From assembly GCA_044440125.1 (NCBI GenBank), contig JBITAJ010000029.1, positions 64,001-128,000 of the forward strand: DNA of 64,000 bases, given 5' to 3'. Positions 29,257-39,322 of the stretch are shown one piece after another (position 1 is the stretch's first letter; each line of letters opens with the position of its first letter). The notes beneath the pieces were generated by a model, which was not told the DNA's origin, ran no database searches, and saw nothing but the letters and a program-made list of their open reading frames with translations. This DNA comes from Sedimentisphaeraceae bacterium JB056 (GTDB lineage Bacteria > Planctomycetota > Phycisphaerae > Sedimentisphaerales > Sedimentisphaeraceae). The translations under genes and the position numbers were made by a program.

Positions 29257-29836
29257 AAACTACCCTTTCTAAAATGATTTTTAATTTCCGAATTTACTTT
29301 GAAAAACGATTCCTACATTAAAAGCTTCGAAGCGCGGTATTGGTAATTTGCAACTCCTTTGCAAGACAATACCTGTTCGGGATAAATGTTATGCTCAGAT
29401 TGTTTGCGAGCTATTAGCAAGATATTTTGTTACAATTAAATAACCTTTAGTGAATCTGAACAATCTTCAGGTTTTATGCTGATAAAGGATTATTAAGACC
29501 TGTAATATCTTTATTTAGTGATTTGTCTTGCGATTATTGAGGTTTTATTTGACATATTGGCTTTATAGCATTAACCTATTTACATAGGAGCCGATATTTT
29601 CGGGATAAGACTGGAATCATGCAGAGTTTTTCGGTAAAATATGCATTAAGATTGATATTATGAGTTGGATATCTGGTAGTATTTTTAATCTTGGTGATGA
29701 TATTAAGTTTCATTTTGAAAGTAGTTCTTAGGTAAATCCTTTTTTTCAAAGTGTTTATGCTTTATTTTGTCTTTCTTTTTTGAGTGTTTTGACTAAAATA
29801 TTTGGCCTTATAAAGTTGCTTTAGAGGCTTTTTTTC

Positions 29837-29865
29837 TTGACAAAGAGGTCCTTTTTGTATATTTA
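29837..29865 (+). promoter_or_regulatory. Putative sigma70 promoter of the rpmF-plsX-fab operon
   Basis: TTGACA at 29837 followed by TGTATATTTA; spacing to the -10 element is ambiguous. Confidence 0.45.
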
Positions 29866-30047
29866 GAGGGCCTTTATATTCGGAATATTTAAAATAGACC
29901 GTTTTGACAAGTAAAATAACGCCCCGCCTCTTCATCGTGACTGAGCTGGAGATGTGGGGTTTGGTTTTTTGTATATAACAGTCGTTTTTACAGGCGATTT
30001 GATAATTAAAGTCTATAAAATACAGATTTATTTGGAGATAAATAGAT

Positions 30048-30236
30048 ATGCTTCCAGTAAAAAAATTAAGTAGAACAAGGACTCGTACCAGACGAAGTCA
30101 TCATAGCCTCAAGGGCAGCAACTATTCAGTATGCCCTCAGTGTGCAACATCAAAGCTGCCTCACGCGGCTTGCGGCAACTGTGGCTATCACAATAGCAAG
30201 ATTAGTCTTGATATGAGCAAGGAAGAGTCCAACTAA
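30048..30236 (+). CDS. rpmF: 50S ribosomal protein L32
   Basis: PVKKLSRTRTRTRRSH; CPQC..KLPHAACGNCG; upstream of plsX. Confidence 0.93.
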   Translation: MLPVKKLSRTRTRTRRSHHSLKGSNYSVCPQCATSKLPHAACGNCGYHNSKISLDMSKEESN

Positions 30237-30238
30237 CT

Positions 30239-31255
30239 ATGCGTATAGCGTTGGACGCAATGGGCGGCGATGATGCCCCTGAAGAGATCGTAAGCGGTGC
30301 GATTCTTGCTGCCCCTCTAATGGACTCAGGCGATGAGATTCATCTTGTTGGTCCTGAGCAGGAGTTGTCTAAGCTTCTTGATAACCGAAAAGCTCGTAAG
30401 TGCAGCAATATAAAAATTGTTAACGCTACCGAGACTATTGGTATGGAAGAGACTCCAGTGGATGCTCTTCGTAAGAAACGCGACAGCTCTATAGCAGTGA
30501 TGGCCAAGCTTGCGGCCAAAGGTGAGGTTGATGCGGTGATATCAGCCGGCAATACAGGCGCCTGTGTGGCGGCCTGTCAGATGCGTATGCGCAATCTGGC
30601 GGGGGTTAATCGTCCGGGTATTGCAGTGGTTATGCCTACAATGAAGGGTCCGCTGACTGTTTGTGATGTCGGTGCTAATGTCGCATGTAAACCTATTAAT
30701 ATATATCAGTATGCGGTTATGGCCAGTGTTTATTCTCGTGAGATGTTTGGAATTGAAAAACCAAGAGTTGGTTTGTTGAGCATCGGTGAAGAGGATAGCA
30801 AGGGTAATGAAATAATCAAGCGTACGAGGGATCTGCTGCGGGCAGACGAAAAACTGAATTTTATCGGCAATATCGAAGGTAGGGATATCTTCAAGGGTGT
30901 TTGTGATGTTGCGATCTGCGAAGGTTTCGTAGGAAACATTGTACTCAAACTTACAGAGGGGCTTGTTGAGTTCCTCTTCAGGGCACTCAAAACAGAGATC
31001 AAAAAAGAGAATATCTTTATGGCCCTGAAATTCCGCAGTATAATGAAGCGTTTTTATAAGAAGTATGATTATCACGAGTATGGTGGTGCTCTTCTTCTTG
31101 GTGTAAACGGTACATCCATGATTTGTCATGGCTCAAGCAAGGCTAAGACAATCAAAAATGCCATACTTGCCGCTGAAAAGTTTACCAATAAAGGAATTAA
31201 CGATCAGATAGTCGAATGGCTTTCTGATTCTACATTGGAGAGTTCTGATGGCTGA
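30239..31255 (+). CDS. plsX: Phosphate acyltransferase PlsX
   Basis: MRIALDAMGGD, SAGNTGA, EGFVGNI, HGSS. Confidence 0.97.
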   Translation: MRIALDAMGGDDAPEEIVSGAILAAPLMDSGDEIHLVGPEQELSKLLDNRKARKCSNIKIVNATETIGMEETPVDALRKKRDSSIAVMAKLAAKGEVDAVISAGNTGACVAACQMRMRNLAGVNRPGIAVVMPTMKGPLTVCDVGANVACKPINIYQYAVMASVYSREMFGIEKPRVGLLSIGEEDSKGNEIIKRTRDLLRADEKLNFIGNIEGRDIFKGVCDVAICEGFVGNIVLKLTEGLVEFLFRALKTEIKKENIFMALKFRSIMKRFYKKYDYHEYGGALLLGVNGTSMICHGSSKAKTIKNAILAAEKFTNKGINDQIVEWLSDSTLESSDG

Positions 31256-32261
31256 TACAGGAGATAAGACTTTCGGAAAATGGAGTGCTGTTATAGCTGG
31301 AACCGGCTCTGCTCTTCCCGAGAAACTCCTGACGAACGATGATCTTGCTCAGATAGTCGATACAAACGATGAGTGGATCACCGCAAGAACAGGTATAAAA
31401 CAACGTCATATTGCTTCTGATGAAGAAACAACAGTAACTTTAGCAACTGATGCTTCAAGAAAAGCTCTTGAGGCTGCCGGAGTTGATGCAAGTGATGTTG
31501 ATATGATAATTGTCGGTACAATTACACCTGAGATGGTGTTCCCGGCAACAGCTTGCTTTGTACAAAAAGAGCTTGGTGCATCAAAAGCAAGTGCATTTGA
31601 TGTCACGGCCGCTTGCAGCGGATTTTTGTATGCGCTTTCTATCGGTACGGAATTTATCCGAAGCGGTAATTACAAAAACATCCTTGTTATCGGTGCAGAG
31701 ACGCTCAGCAGGATAACAAATTACAAGGATAGGGGAAGCTGCATATTATTTGGAGACGGTGCAGGTGCAGTGGTTCTTCAGAGAAGTGAAAAGCCAAACA
31801 CCGGAGTGCTCTGTAATAAGCTTGGCTCCGATGGTAACGGCTGGACTTCACTTAACTGTCAGGCTTACGGATCGCGTTATCCGGCGGACAAGCCTCTTGA
31901 AGACGAGTCAATGATGTATATGCATATCAATGGCCGTGAGGTCTACCAGCTTGCAGTGAGAAGTATTGTGGAAACAGTTCAGGGTTGTCTTGATGAGGCT
32001 TCTCTTACTGCTTCAGATATCAAGAAATTCATACCGCACCAGATGAACGCTCGTATTATCGAGTCTGTTGCAAAGCGTATGGATTTTACTGATGAGCAGA
32101 TATTCATAAACATTGACAAGATCGGAAATACTTCCGCGGCGTCAATACCGATCGCTCTTGATGAGTGCTATAGAGCCGGAGAAATACAGCCCGGCGATGC
32201 GATCGTACTTGTTGCCTTTGGTGCAGGACTTACCTGGGGCGGCAGTGTTATTAGATTTTGA
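31248..32261 (+). CDS. fabH: 3-oxoacyl-ACP synthase III
   Basis: AACSGF, LFGDGAGA, PHQMN, GNTSAAS. Confidence 0.96.
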   Translation: MADTGDKTFGKWSAVIAGTGSALPEKLLTNDDLAQIVDTNDEWITARTGIKQRHIASDEETTVTLATDASRKALEAAGVDASDVDMIIVGTITPEMVFPATACFVQKELGASKASAFDVTAACSGFLYALSIGTEFIRSGNYKNILVIGAETLSRITNYKDRGSCILFGDGAGAVVLQRSEKPNTGVLCNKLGSDGNGWTSLNCQAYGSRYPADKPLEDESMMYMHINGREVYQLAVRSIVETVQGCLDEASLTASDIKKFIPHQMNARIIESVAKRMDFTDEQIFINIDKIGNTSAASIPIALDECYRAGEIQPGDAIVLVAFGAGLTWGGSVIRF

Positions 32262-32285
32262 TATTAAACTATAAAGCTGAATATT

Positions 32286-33221
32286 ATGAAAACAGCATAT
32301 ATATTTCCAGGTCAGGGTGCGCAGGTAGTCGGTATGGGCAAGGATATTGCTCAGGAGTTTCCTGTTGCGGCCGAGATGTTTAAGAAAGCAGATGAAATTG
32401 TCGGTTACGGTTTGAGTGATTTGTGTTTTGAGGGACCTCAGGACAAACTTAATACTACGACTGTTTCTCAGCCGGCCATATTTGCAACCTCAGCGGCTAT
32501 CCTTGAAGTATTGAGGACAGAGGCGGGGGATAAGGTAAACGCGGCAGATGTGACTGCCGGCCTTAGCCTTGGCGAATATACGGCACTTTACGCTGCCGGT
32601 CTGATGAGTTTTGAGGATGGCTTGAAACTCGTTCAGAAACGCGGCGAAGCTATGCAGGCTGCTGCTGATGAATCAAAGGGTTCTATGGTCAGTATTCTGC
32701 GCCTTGATGAAGATAAACTTAACGATCTTATTGCTGAGGCTTCTGAGGGTAAGCTGCTTGTAGCGGCAAACTTCAATTGTCCCGGACAGATCGTGATAAG
32801 TGGTGATATTGATGCCTGCTCAAGAGCAGTGGAGCTTGCTGAAAAATATGGAGCGATGAAAGCAATACAGCTGGCAGTTGCCGGTGCTTTCCATAGCGAA
32901 TATATGCAGCCTGCCTCTGATGATTTGAAGCTGGCGCTCGATGCAGCGGATATAACGGCTCCGAAGGATACTGCCGTTATAGCAAACATAAACGCTGAAT
33001 ATTACAAAGATGCTGCAGAAGTTCGTGAAGGGTTGTGCAAGCAGCTTACTTCGCCTATACTGTGGCAGAATTGTATGGAAAGACTTATCGCAGAAGGGTG
33101 TGAGAGTTTTTATGAGATAGGTCCGGGACGTGTTTTAACCGGGCTTATGAAAAAGATTAACAGAAAGACTAAAGTTGTGAACCTGAGCACTGCTGATGCG
33201 GTTAAAGCTCTCATAGGTTGA
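32286..33221 (+). CDS. fabD: Malonyl-CoA:ACP transacylase
   Basis: FPGQGAQ, GLSLGEY, AFHS, EIGPG. Confidence 0.96.
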   Translation: MKTAYIFPGQGAQVVGMGKDIAQEFPVAAEMFKKADEIVGYGLSDLCFEGPQDKLNTTTVSQPAIFATSAAILEVLRTEAGDKVNAADVTAGLSLGEYTALYAAGLMSFEDGLKLVQKRGEAMQAAADESKGSMVSILRLDEDKLNDLIAEASEGKLLVAANFNCPGQIVISGDIDACSRAVELAEKYGAMKAIQLAVAGAFHSEYMQPASDDLKLALDAADITAPKDTAVIANINAEYYKDAAEVREGLCKQLTSPILWQNCMERLIAEGCESFYEIGPGRVLTGLMKKINRKTKVVNLSTADAVKALIG

Positions 33222-33353
33222 TAACGTGTTTAAAAGTTTTGAGGATTGGATCTGAGTTTTACAACGGCGGTTGTCGAAGCAATAAGAAATTCATGATTTC
33301 AAATTCCCTTCCACTAAACTTTAGGTTTGAGAATAACTATTGGAGATGATAGT

Positions 33354-34091
33354 ATGTCAGAAAAGAGATTAGCTGTAGTAACAGGAGCGGCCAGAGGAAT
33401 CGGTCGTGCTATTGTAATGGAACTCCTTAAGCAGGGACGCGTTGTAGCAGGTCTTGATATCAATCAGGACAATCTCAATGAGCTTGAAGCAGTTGTTAAA
33501 GAGGCTGGTTTCAGCGTTATAACAAAGGTTTGTAATATTGCTGATACAAAGCAGCTTACCGAGGTTCTTGAGGGTCTTGCTTCAGAGCATGGCGGTGTTG
33601 GAATACTTGTTAATAATGCAGGTGTTACCAAAGATAAGCTCATGATGCAGATGGATGAAGAAGATTATGATTTCCCAATGAATGTGAACCTTAAGGCGTC
33701 TTTCATGGCGACTAAGATTGTTCTTCGTTCAATGTTAAGAAATAAATTCGGTCGTATCGTTAATATCAGTTCTGTTGCCGGTGTAATGGGGCAGGCAGGT
33801 TCTGCTAACTATGCGGCAAGTAAGTCTGGCCTTATCGGTATGTCAAAGTCAGTTGCTCGTGAGGTTGGCAAGAAGAATATCACTATCAATTGTATAGCAC
33901 CTGGGTTCATTGAAACCGAGATGACAAAAGTACTTCCAGAGCCTGTGAAAGCAGCGGCTAAGGCAGTTATTCCTATGAGAAAATACGGACAGCCTGAGGA
34001 TGTTGCACGTGCGGTAGCTTATCTGGCATCAGATGAGTCAGGTTACGTTACCGGACAGGTTCTCTGTGTTGACGGCGGAATGGCTATGTAA
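33354..34091 (+). CDS. fabG: 3-oxoacyl-ACP reductase
   Basis: TGAARGIG, NNAG, YAASK; ATG 33354 follows GGAG. Confidence 0.95.
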   Translation: MSEKRLAVVTGAARGIGRAIVMELLKQGRVVAGLDINQDNLNELEAVVKEAGFSVITKVCNIADTKQLTEVLEGLASEHGGVGILVNNAGVTKDKLMMQMDEEDYDFPMNVNLKASFMATKIVLRSMLRNKFGRIVNISSVAGVMGQAGSANYAASKSGLIGMSKSVAREVGKKNITINCIAPGFIETEMTKVLPEPVKAAAKAVIPMRKYGQPEDVARAVAYLASDESGYVTGQVLCVDGGMAM

Positions 34092-34241
34092 TTTTGTTTG
34101 CTGAATTCTTGGCGGAATTTGTCTCAAATATGCTGATAAAATGCTTTAAGTTGTTTAATAAGTGATTTTTAGGTTGATTTTTGAAGTATTTATGTAGATA
34201 ATCGTCATAATTCCAAAATAGCAAAAAAAATAAAAATTATA

Positions 34242-34269
34242 TTGATATTTTGTTAAGGGTGGGTATATT
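34242..34269 (+). promoter_or_regulatory. Putative acpP promoter with upstream A-tract
   Basis: TTGATA-16 nt-TATATT preceded by an A-rich UP-like element. Confidence 0.4.
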
Positions 34270-34434
34270 ACCGCCCGCAAGTGTATAAGAATGAGGCCCG
34301 AGGCAAGAGATGATTTACCGTTTTATATAGTCGGTTTTTCTATTTACTCTTGGTAGAGGCATTAAGAGTATAAAGTCTTATTGTTAAACAAAAAATGTAG
34401 ATAATTTGTAATCTGATTACAGGAGAATAAAATT

Positions 34435-34677
34435 ATGGACCGTCAAGAAGTACTTGAAAAGGTAATTGAAATCGTAAGTGAGCAAATGGGTGTTGACGCT
34501 GCAGAAATATCTGCTGATACATCTTTCATCAATGACCTCAATGCCGATTCACTTGATACAGTTGAACTCGTCATGGAGTTTGAAGATGCATTCGATATGA
34601 GCATCCCTGATGAGGAAGCTGAAAAGATCCAGACCGTGGGTGCAGCGGTTGATTACATCATGAAGATATCTGAATAA
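34435..34677 (+). CDS. acpP: Acyl carrier protein
   Basis: [17 protein letters not shown]. Confidence 0.97.
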   Translation: MDRQEVLEKVIEIVSEQMGVDAAEISADTSFINDLNADSLDTVELVMEFEDAFDMSIPDEEAEKIQTVGAAVDYIMKISE

Positions 34678-34708
34678 TCGAGTTACAATCAGCCAAACTG
34701 AAATTATT

Positions 34709-35962
34709 ATGAACAAACGTAGAGTTGTTATTACAGGTTTAGGGTGCGTTACTGCTTTAGGGCAGAATGTCGATGATCTTTTCTCCGCTCTTTGCGAAGG
34801 CAAGAGTGGTGTGTCAAATATCGAGAGCTTTGACACCTCAGAGTATCCGGTTCATTTCGGTGGAGAGGTTAAGAGTTTCGATCTTGACAAATATATAGAT
34901 TATCGGGAAAGCAAGAGGCTTGACAGGTTTTCTCAGTTTGCGAGTGTTTCAGCGATCAAAGCGTTGGAAGACAGCGGACTTGAGTTGTCTGACGAGCAAA
35001 CTGCTAACCGCACCGGAGTTATTATTGGGTCGGGAATTGGCGGCCTCAAAGAAATAGAAGAGCAGCATGCCAGGCTCCTTGAGAAGGGTCCCCGAAAGGT
35101 TTCTCCTTTCTGTGTACCTAAGCTGATGGCTAACGCAGCAAGCGGCAGTGTTTCTATCGCTATTGGTGCTAAAGGCCCTAATATGTGTGTAGTAACGGCT
35201 TGTGCTTCTTCTGCTCATGCTCTTGGTGAAGCGTATAATTATATCGCTCACGGCAGGGCCGAGGCAATGATTGCCGGAGGAGCTGAAGCAGCTCTTACAC
35301 CGATAGGACTTGCATCATTCTGTGCTCTCAAGTCTTTGAGTACACGCAACCATGATATTACAGCAGCTTCACGTCCGTTTGATATTGACCGTGATGGTTT
35401 TGTACTTTCTGAAGGTGCGGCTGTTTTAGTGCTTGAAGAATACGAGCATGCTGTAAAACGCGGTGCGAGAATATATGCAGAGTTTCTTGGTTATGGCGCA
35501 ACGGGTGATGCACACCACATTACTGCACCTCTTCCTGATGGAAAAGGCGCGGCAAGAGGGCTCAAAGCTGCTCTTGAAGATGCCGGTGTCAATCCTGAAG
35601 ACGTCAGCTATATCAATGCTCATGGTACAAGCACACAGCTTAATGATATTGCAGAAACAATGGCTATTAAGTCGGTTCTTGGACAGTATGCTCCAGACGC
35701 CGCTATAAGCTCAACAAAGAGTTGTCTTGGACATCTTCTTGGTGCCAGTGGTTCGGTTGAACTCGCTGTATGTGCGAAAGCTATTCAGACATCAACGATA
35801 CCGCTTACTGCAAACACAACAAAGATAGACGAAAAGTGTGGGCCTGAACTTGATCATGTGATCAAAGAATCCCGCAATCAGGAAGTCAAAGTAGCAGTGA
35901 GTAATTCGCTGGGCTTTGGCGGTCATAATTGCAGTTTGGTTATAGGAAAACTCGACAGATAA
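34709..35962 (+). CDS. fabF: 3-oxoacyl-ACP synthase II
   Basis: RRVVITGLG, TACAS, NAHGTST, GHLLGA, SNSLGFGGHN. Confidence 0.96.
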   Translation: MNKRRVVITGLGCVTALGQNVDDLFSALCEGKSGVSNIESFDTSEYPVHFGGEVKSFDLDKYIDYRESKRLDRFSQFASVSAIKALEDSGLELSDEQTANRTGVIIGSGIGGLKEIEEQHARLLEKGPRKVSPFCVPKLMANAASGSVSIAIGAKGPNMCVVTACASSAHALGEAYNYIAHGRAEAMIAGGAEAALTPIGLASFCALKSLSTRNHDITAASRPFDIDRDGFVLSEGAAVLVLEEYEHAVKRGARIYAEFLGYGATGDAHHITAPLPDGKGAARGLKAALEDAGVNPEDVSYINAHGTSTQLNDIAETMAIKSVLGQYAPDAAISSTKSCLGHLLGASGSVELAVCAKAIQTSTIPLTANTTKIDEKCGPELDHVIKESRNQEVKVAVSNSLGFGGHNCSLVIGKLDR

Positions 35963-35986
35963 TTCTGGATTCCTAAAAGAAATTTC

Positions 35987-36023
35987 AAAACCCCGGTGAT
36001 ATTTAGTATCATCGGGGTTTTTT
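35987..36023 (+). terminator. Intrinsic terminator after fabF
   Basis: AAAACCCCGGTGAT...ATCATCGGGGTTTTTT. Confidence 0.85.
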
Positions 36024-36251
36024 CGTTTTTAAAAATAATGCAATTATTTTGTAGAAAAAATAAAAAAGCTTTGATTGTTTTGTTTCTAAATGATATTATT
36101 GTTTACTTGGAGTTTGTTGAGTATATGTGCGTCCTTGATTTTAGAATACATCTCTGTCATATTGTGTGGGTTTATATATTTCAACAACGATGGAAATATT
36201 TAAATTTTGCCGATTCAAAACCGGTTTGTTCAGAGTTGAGGAGTATAGGAA

Positions 36252-39053
36252 ATGAACTCAAAGAGGTTTGGATTTGTTTTAGCTGCCGCATTGTTTTTAT
36301 TATTCGTAAGATCTGAAGTTTGTGCTGATCTTATCTACAACAATTCGTCAACATCGTATTACTATTTTGAGGCGGATAGATATGTTGAGTATCTTGATTA
36401 CGGCCGCAGTCAGGGCGGGCAGGTAACTTCTTTCACTATAGGCTATTATGCCGATAACTCCAACACTGTCTCAGCACGCGTTCGCTTTTACAAATATACT
36501 GATAGTTATAACATCCCCGGTACCCATGTAAGGACGCTGACACTGAGTATGCCGGGTGTCGCCCAGGGAGGTGTAACTACTTATACTCACACTGTTCCTG
36601 AAATAAGTAAATTCAGTTTGCCTTCCGGCGATTTTGGGTATTCTCTTGAGTTTCTCAGCTACAATGGAGAACCGTTGCTTGCCCACGGAGGAGAGGGTAA
36701 CGAAAACGTCCTGATGTACTTTGATGATTTTCTCGATATATGGCGGGGAACATATTTCAGCGATCAGGGTGTTCCCTGGGCTGGTCTATATATGAAGATA
36801 TACGCGCAAGAACCGGCCGTGTGTGATTTTTCTGGCTATGTGTATGAGGATGTTAACGAAGATGGACAAAAAGATTCTGGCGACAATCCATTGCAGGGCT
36901 GGCAAATATTTGCCGATTATGATGGTGACAGGCAGCTCGATAGTAACGAGCCATATGACTTGTCAGCTTCTGACGGCAGTTATGACCTGAGAGATGTTGA
37001 AATTGATTCGTTTGATGCTATTTGTCAGGTTACCAAAACCGGCTTCAAGCCTGTTAATCCAGAAAGCGGTTTTTATCAGATATGGGTTTCTGAAAACGGC
37101 AGCTATACACTGGATTTTGGCAACAAAGAGGTTGGTATGGCTGATATATGCGGCTATAAGTTTGAGGATGTTGATGCTGATGGGATATGGGATGATGGGG
37201 AGCCTACTCTGCCGGGTTGGATGATATTCCTTGATACAAATGATGATGGTGTGTGGCAGTCAGGTGAGCCGAACGCTGTTACCGATCCTAACGGTTTCTA
37301 TGAGTTTGTCGATATAGAGGCTCCGGCAAGTTATACGATAACCGAACAAATGCAGGATGGCTGGCGTCAGACATTCCCCGGAGGCACAGAAACCTATGAG
37401 GTTGCAGTAGAACCGAATGATTTACTCTGTGATTACGATTTTGGAAACACAACCGAGCCTGAAGATTTATATGTTACGATTTCCGGCAGGGTTACTCTCT
37501 CTGATGGCAGAGGGCTTGAAGGGGTTAGGGTAATCGCTACAGATACTTATCTTGTTGTTGTACCTCAAAGTACCTATCAAATAAGTTTCGGGTACTATGA
37601 AAGTGTCTTGTCAGATGAGAATGGTTATTATCAGTTGTCAGCCCCATTCAATAGCTCATGTTTAATAACTGCAAAAAAAAGCGGATGGCAGTTTATGGGT
37701 ACTGGTCTCTTTCCAAATATAACGACCAATCTGACAGTAAATATCGATGTATATTGGCCATATAGTGGTGGGCTGGGTACTGAAGTCTCACCCTGCAATA
37801 TCGCAAATCCATCTGACTTACAAGCAATTGGTGAGCACCCCGAAGACTGGTCTAAGCATTTTGTTCTTACTGCTGACATCAATATGTCGGGATATAGTTT
37901 CTCCCAGGCATTAGTCGCTCCGGATACGGAACCGAGTTTAGGCACCCATCAAGGGCCGCGATTTAACGGCATACTCAATGGCAATGGTCATGTTATCTCA
38001 AATCTTAAAATACATTCACCGAGTAATGATGCCAAAGATTGTATAGCTTTATTTGGGGGAATAGATGAAGATTGCCAGATATCTAATTTGGGTTTGGTTG
38101 ACGTTGATATTGCAGGTATTTATTATCAGGGATGGTGGTCTGATTATGTGGCGGCATTGTGTGCAAGTAATCATGGAGGAATAATCGATAATTGTTACGT
38201 TACGGGAAAGATTAAAGGTTATGCTTATGTTGGCGGCATATGTGCAAGCAACTACGATGGGACAATATCGAATTCTTTTGTAAATGCTGTTGTTCAGGCA
38301 TCAGAATGGTCAGGCAGTGTCTGCGGCTATATAAATAATGGCGTGATCAATAATTGTTATGCGAAGGGATCATTTACCGGTGGAAGCGATGTTGGCGGAG
38401 TATGCGGTTATGCTCTGGCAAGCGATATATCAAATTGTTATTCAGCGGTAACTATAACTGGAAATGAAAATGTTGGTGCTGTTTGCGGATTCAGTAATTC
38501 TACAATTTTAGATTGTTTCTGGGATAGCCAAATTTGTCAAGTCACTTATAGTGCCGGTGGTACTTCTCTTACTACCGAGCAGATGCACAATATGGATAAT
38601 TTCATAAATGCCGGTTGGGATTTTGAGAATACGTGGCGGATGTGTGACGGGTTTAACTATCCTCGTTTGCAGTGGGAAGAAAAGATAACCGGTGATATCG
38701 TGTGTCCTGACGGCGTGGGTATGGAAGATTTCTATCAGCTTGCCGCACAGTGGCAGATGACTAAGCTCAGCGGGGATTTCCATTCTGATGGTATTGTTGA
38801 TCTTGATGATTGGTGTATGCTTTCTTCTGCCTGGAATACAGGGCTTGGGGAGGCGGATTATGAGCAGGGATGCGATATTTCGGTGCAGGGCGGCAATGGT
38901 ATCATAGATGTTGATGACCTTGCTGTTTTTTCTGGCCAATGGCTCAATGAGGGGCTTTATTCTGCCGATATTTATCCTGAAAGCGGCGATGATGTTGTAA
39001 ATAATGGTGATCTCAATGCCATTATTGTTAACTGGCTTGCTGGGAGGGAGTAG
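36252..39053 (+). CDS. Secreted protein with SdrD B-like repeats, GLUG-motif region and dockerin-like tail
   Basis: Signal peptide; two G.VYEDVN.DG..D.GE..L.GW.IF.D repeats; VGG(I/V)CG/NCY repeats; AGWDF; three dockerin-like D-G-V-D..W units. Confidence 0.8.
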   Translation: MNSKRFGFVLAAALFLLFVRSEVCADLIYNNSSTSYYYFEADRYVEYLDYGRSQGGQVTSFTIGYYADNSNTVSARVRFYKYTDSYNIPGTHVRTLTLSMPGVAQGGVTTYTHTVPEISKFSLPSGDFGYSLEFLSYNGEPLLAHGGEGNENVLMYFDDFLDIWRGTYFSDQGVPWAGLYMKIYAQEPAVCDFSGYVYEDVNEDGQKDSGDNPLQGWQIFADYDGDRQLDSNEPYDLSASDGSYDLRDVEIDSFDAICQVTKTGFKPVNPESGFYQIWVSENGSYTLDFGNKEVGMADICGYKFEDVDADGIWDDGEPTLPGWMIFLDTNDDGVWQSGEPNAVTDPNGFYEFVDIEAPASYTITEQMQDGWRQTFPGGTETYEVAVEPNDLLCDYDFGNTTEPEDLYVTISGRVTLSDGRGLEGVRVIATDTYLVVVPQSTYQISFGYYESVLSDENGYYQLSAPFNSSCLITAKKSGWQFMGTGLFPNITTNLTVNIDVYWPYSGGLGTEVSPCNIANPSDLQAIGEHPEDWSKHFVLTADINMSGYSFSQALVAPDTEPSLGTHQGPRFNGILNGNGHVISNLKIHSPSNDAKDCIALFGGIDEDCQISNLGLVDVDIAGIYYQGWWSDYVAALCASNHGGIIDNCYVTGKIKGYAYVGGICASNYDGTISNSFVNAVVQASEWSGSVCGYINNGVINNCYAKGSFTGGSDVGGVCGYALASDISNCYSAVTITGNENVGAVCGFSNSTILDCFWDSQICQVTYSAGGTSLTTEQMHNMDNFINAGWDFENTWRMCDGFNYPRLQWEEKITGDIVCPDGVGMEDFYQLAAQWQMTKLSGDFHSDGIVDLDDWCMLSSAWNTGLGEADYEQGCDISVQGGNGIIDVDDLAVFSGQWLNEGLYSADIYPESGDDVVNNGDLNAIIVNWLAGRE

Positions 39054-39322
39054 CCGCTTACAAAAAATGAATAATTCCACCTGATTTATCGTCTTGATTG
39101 ATTCGGAACGAACTTGCCTGAGAATCTTTCGGTTCGTCAAAATATCCTTGATATTTGGCGTTTGTTCTGTATTATGAGGACTTTGGATTCCCGTTTCGAT
39201 TTTAATAATTGTAACCGTTGTCGCGTTTACCGAAGATATTGCAATTTTATGCATCAATACCAGATTCACAGTGGCGGTGACGGCGTTTACTAATGATTAT
39301 AGACCTCAATGGTAAAGGTAAA

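Noticed and set aside
35996..36316. 106-aa plus-strand ORF
   Set aside because: Starts inside the fabF terminator, is AT-rich and low-complexity, and overlaps the next gene out of frame.
38508..39269. 253-aa minus-strand ORF
   Set aside because: Mostly antisense to the well-supported 36252-39053 gene; no recognisable motifs.
39174..39293. 39-aa uORF before alaS as a leader peptide or T-box
   Set aside because: No Ala-codon run, no terminator and no T-box consensus seen.
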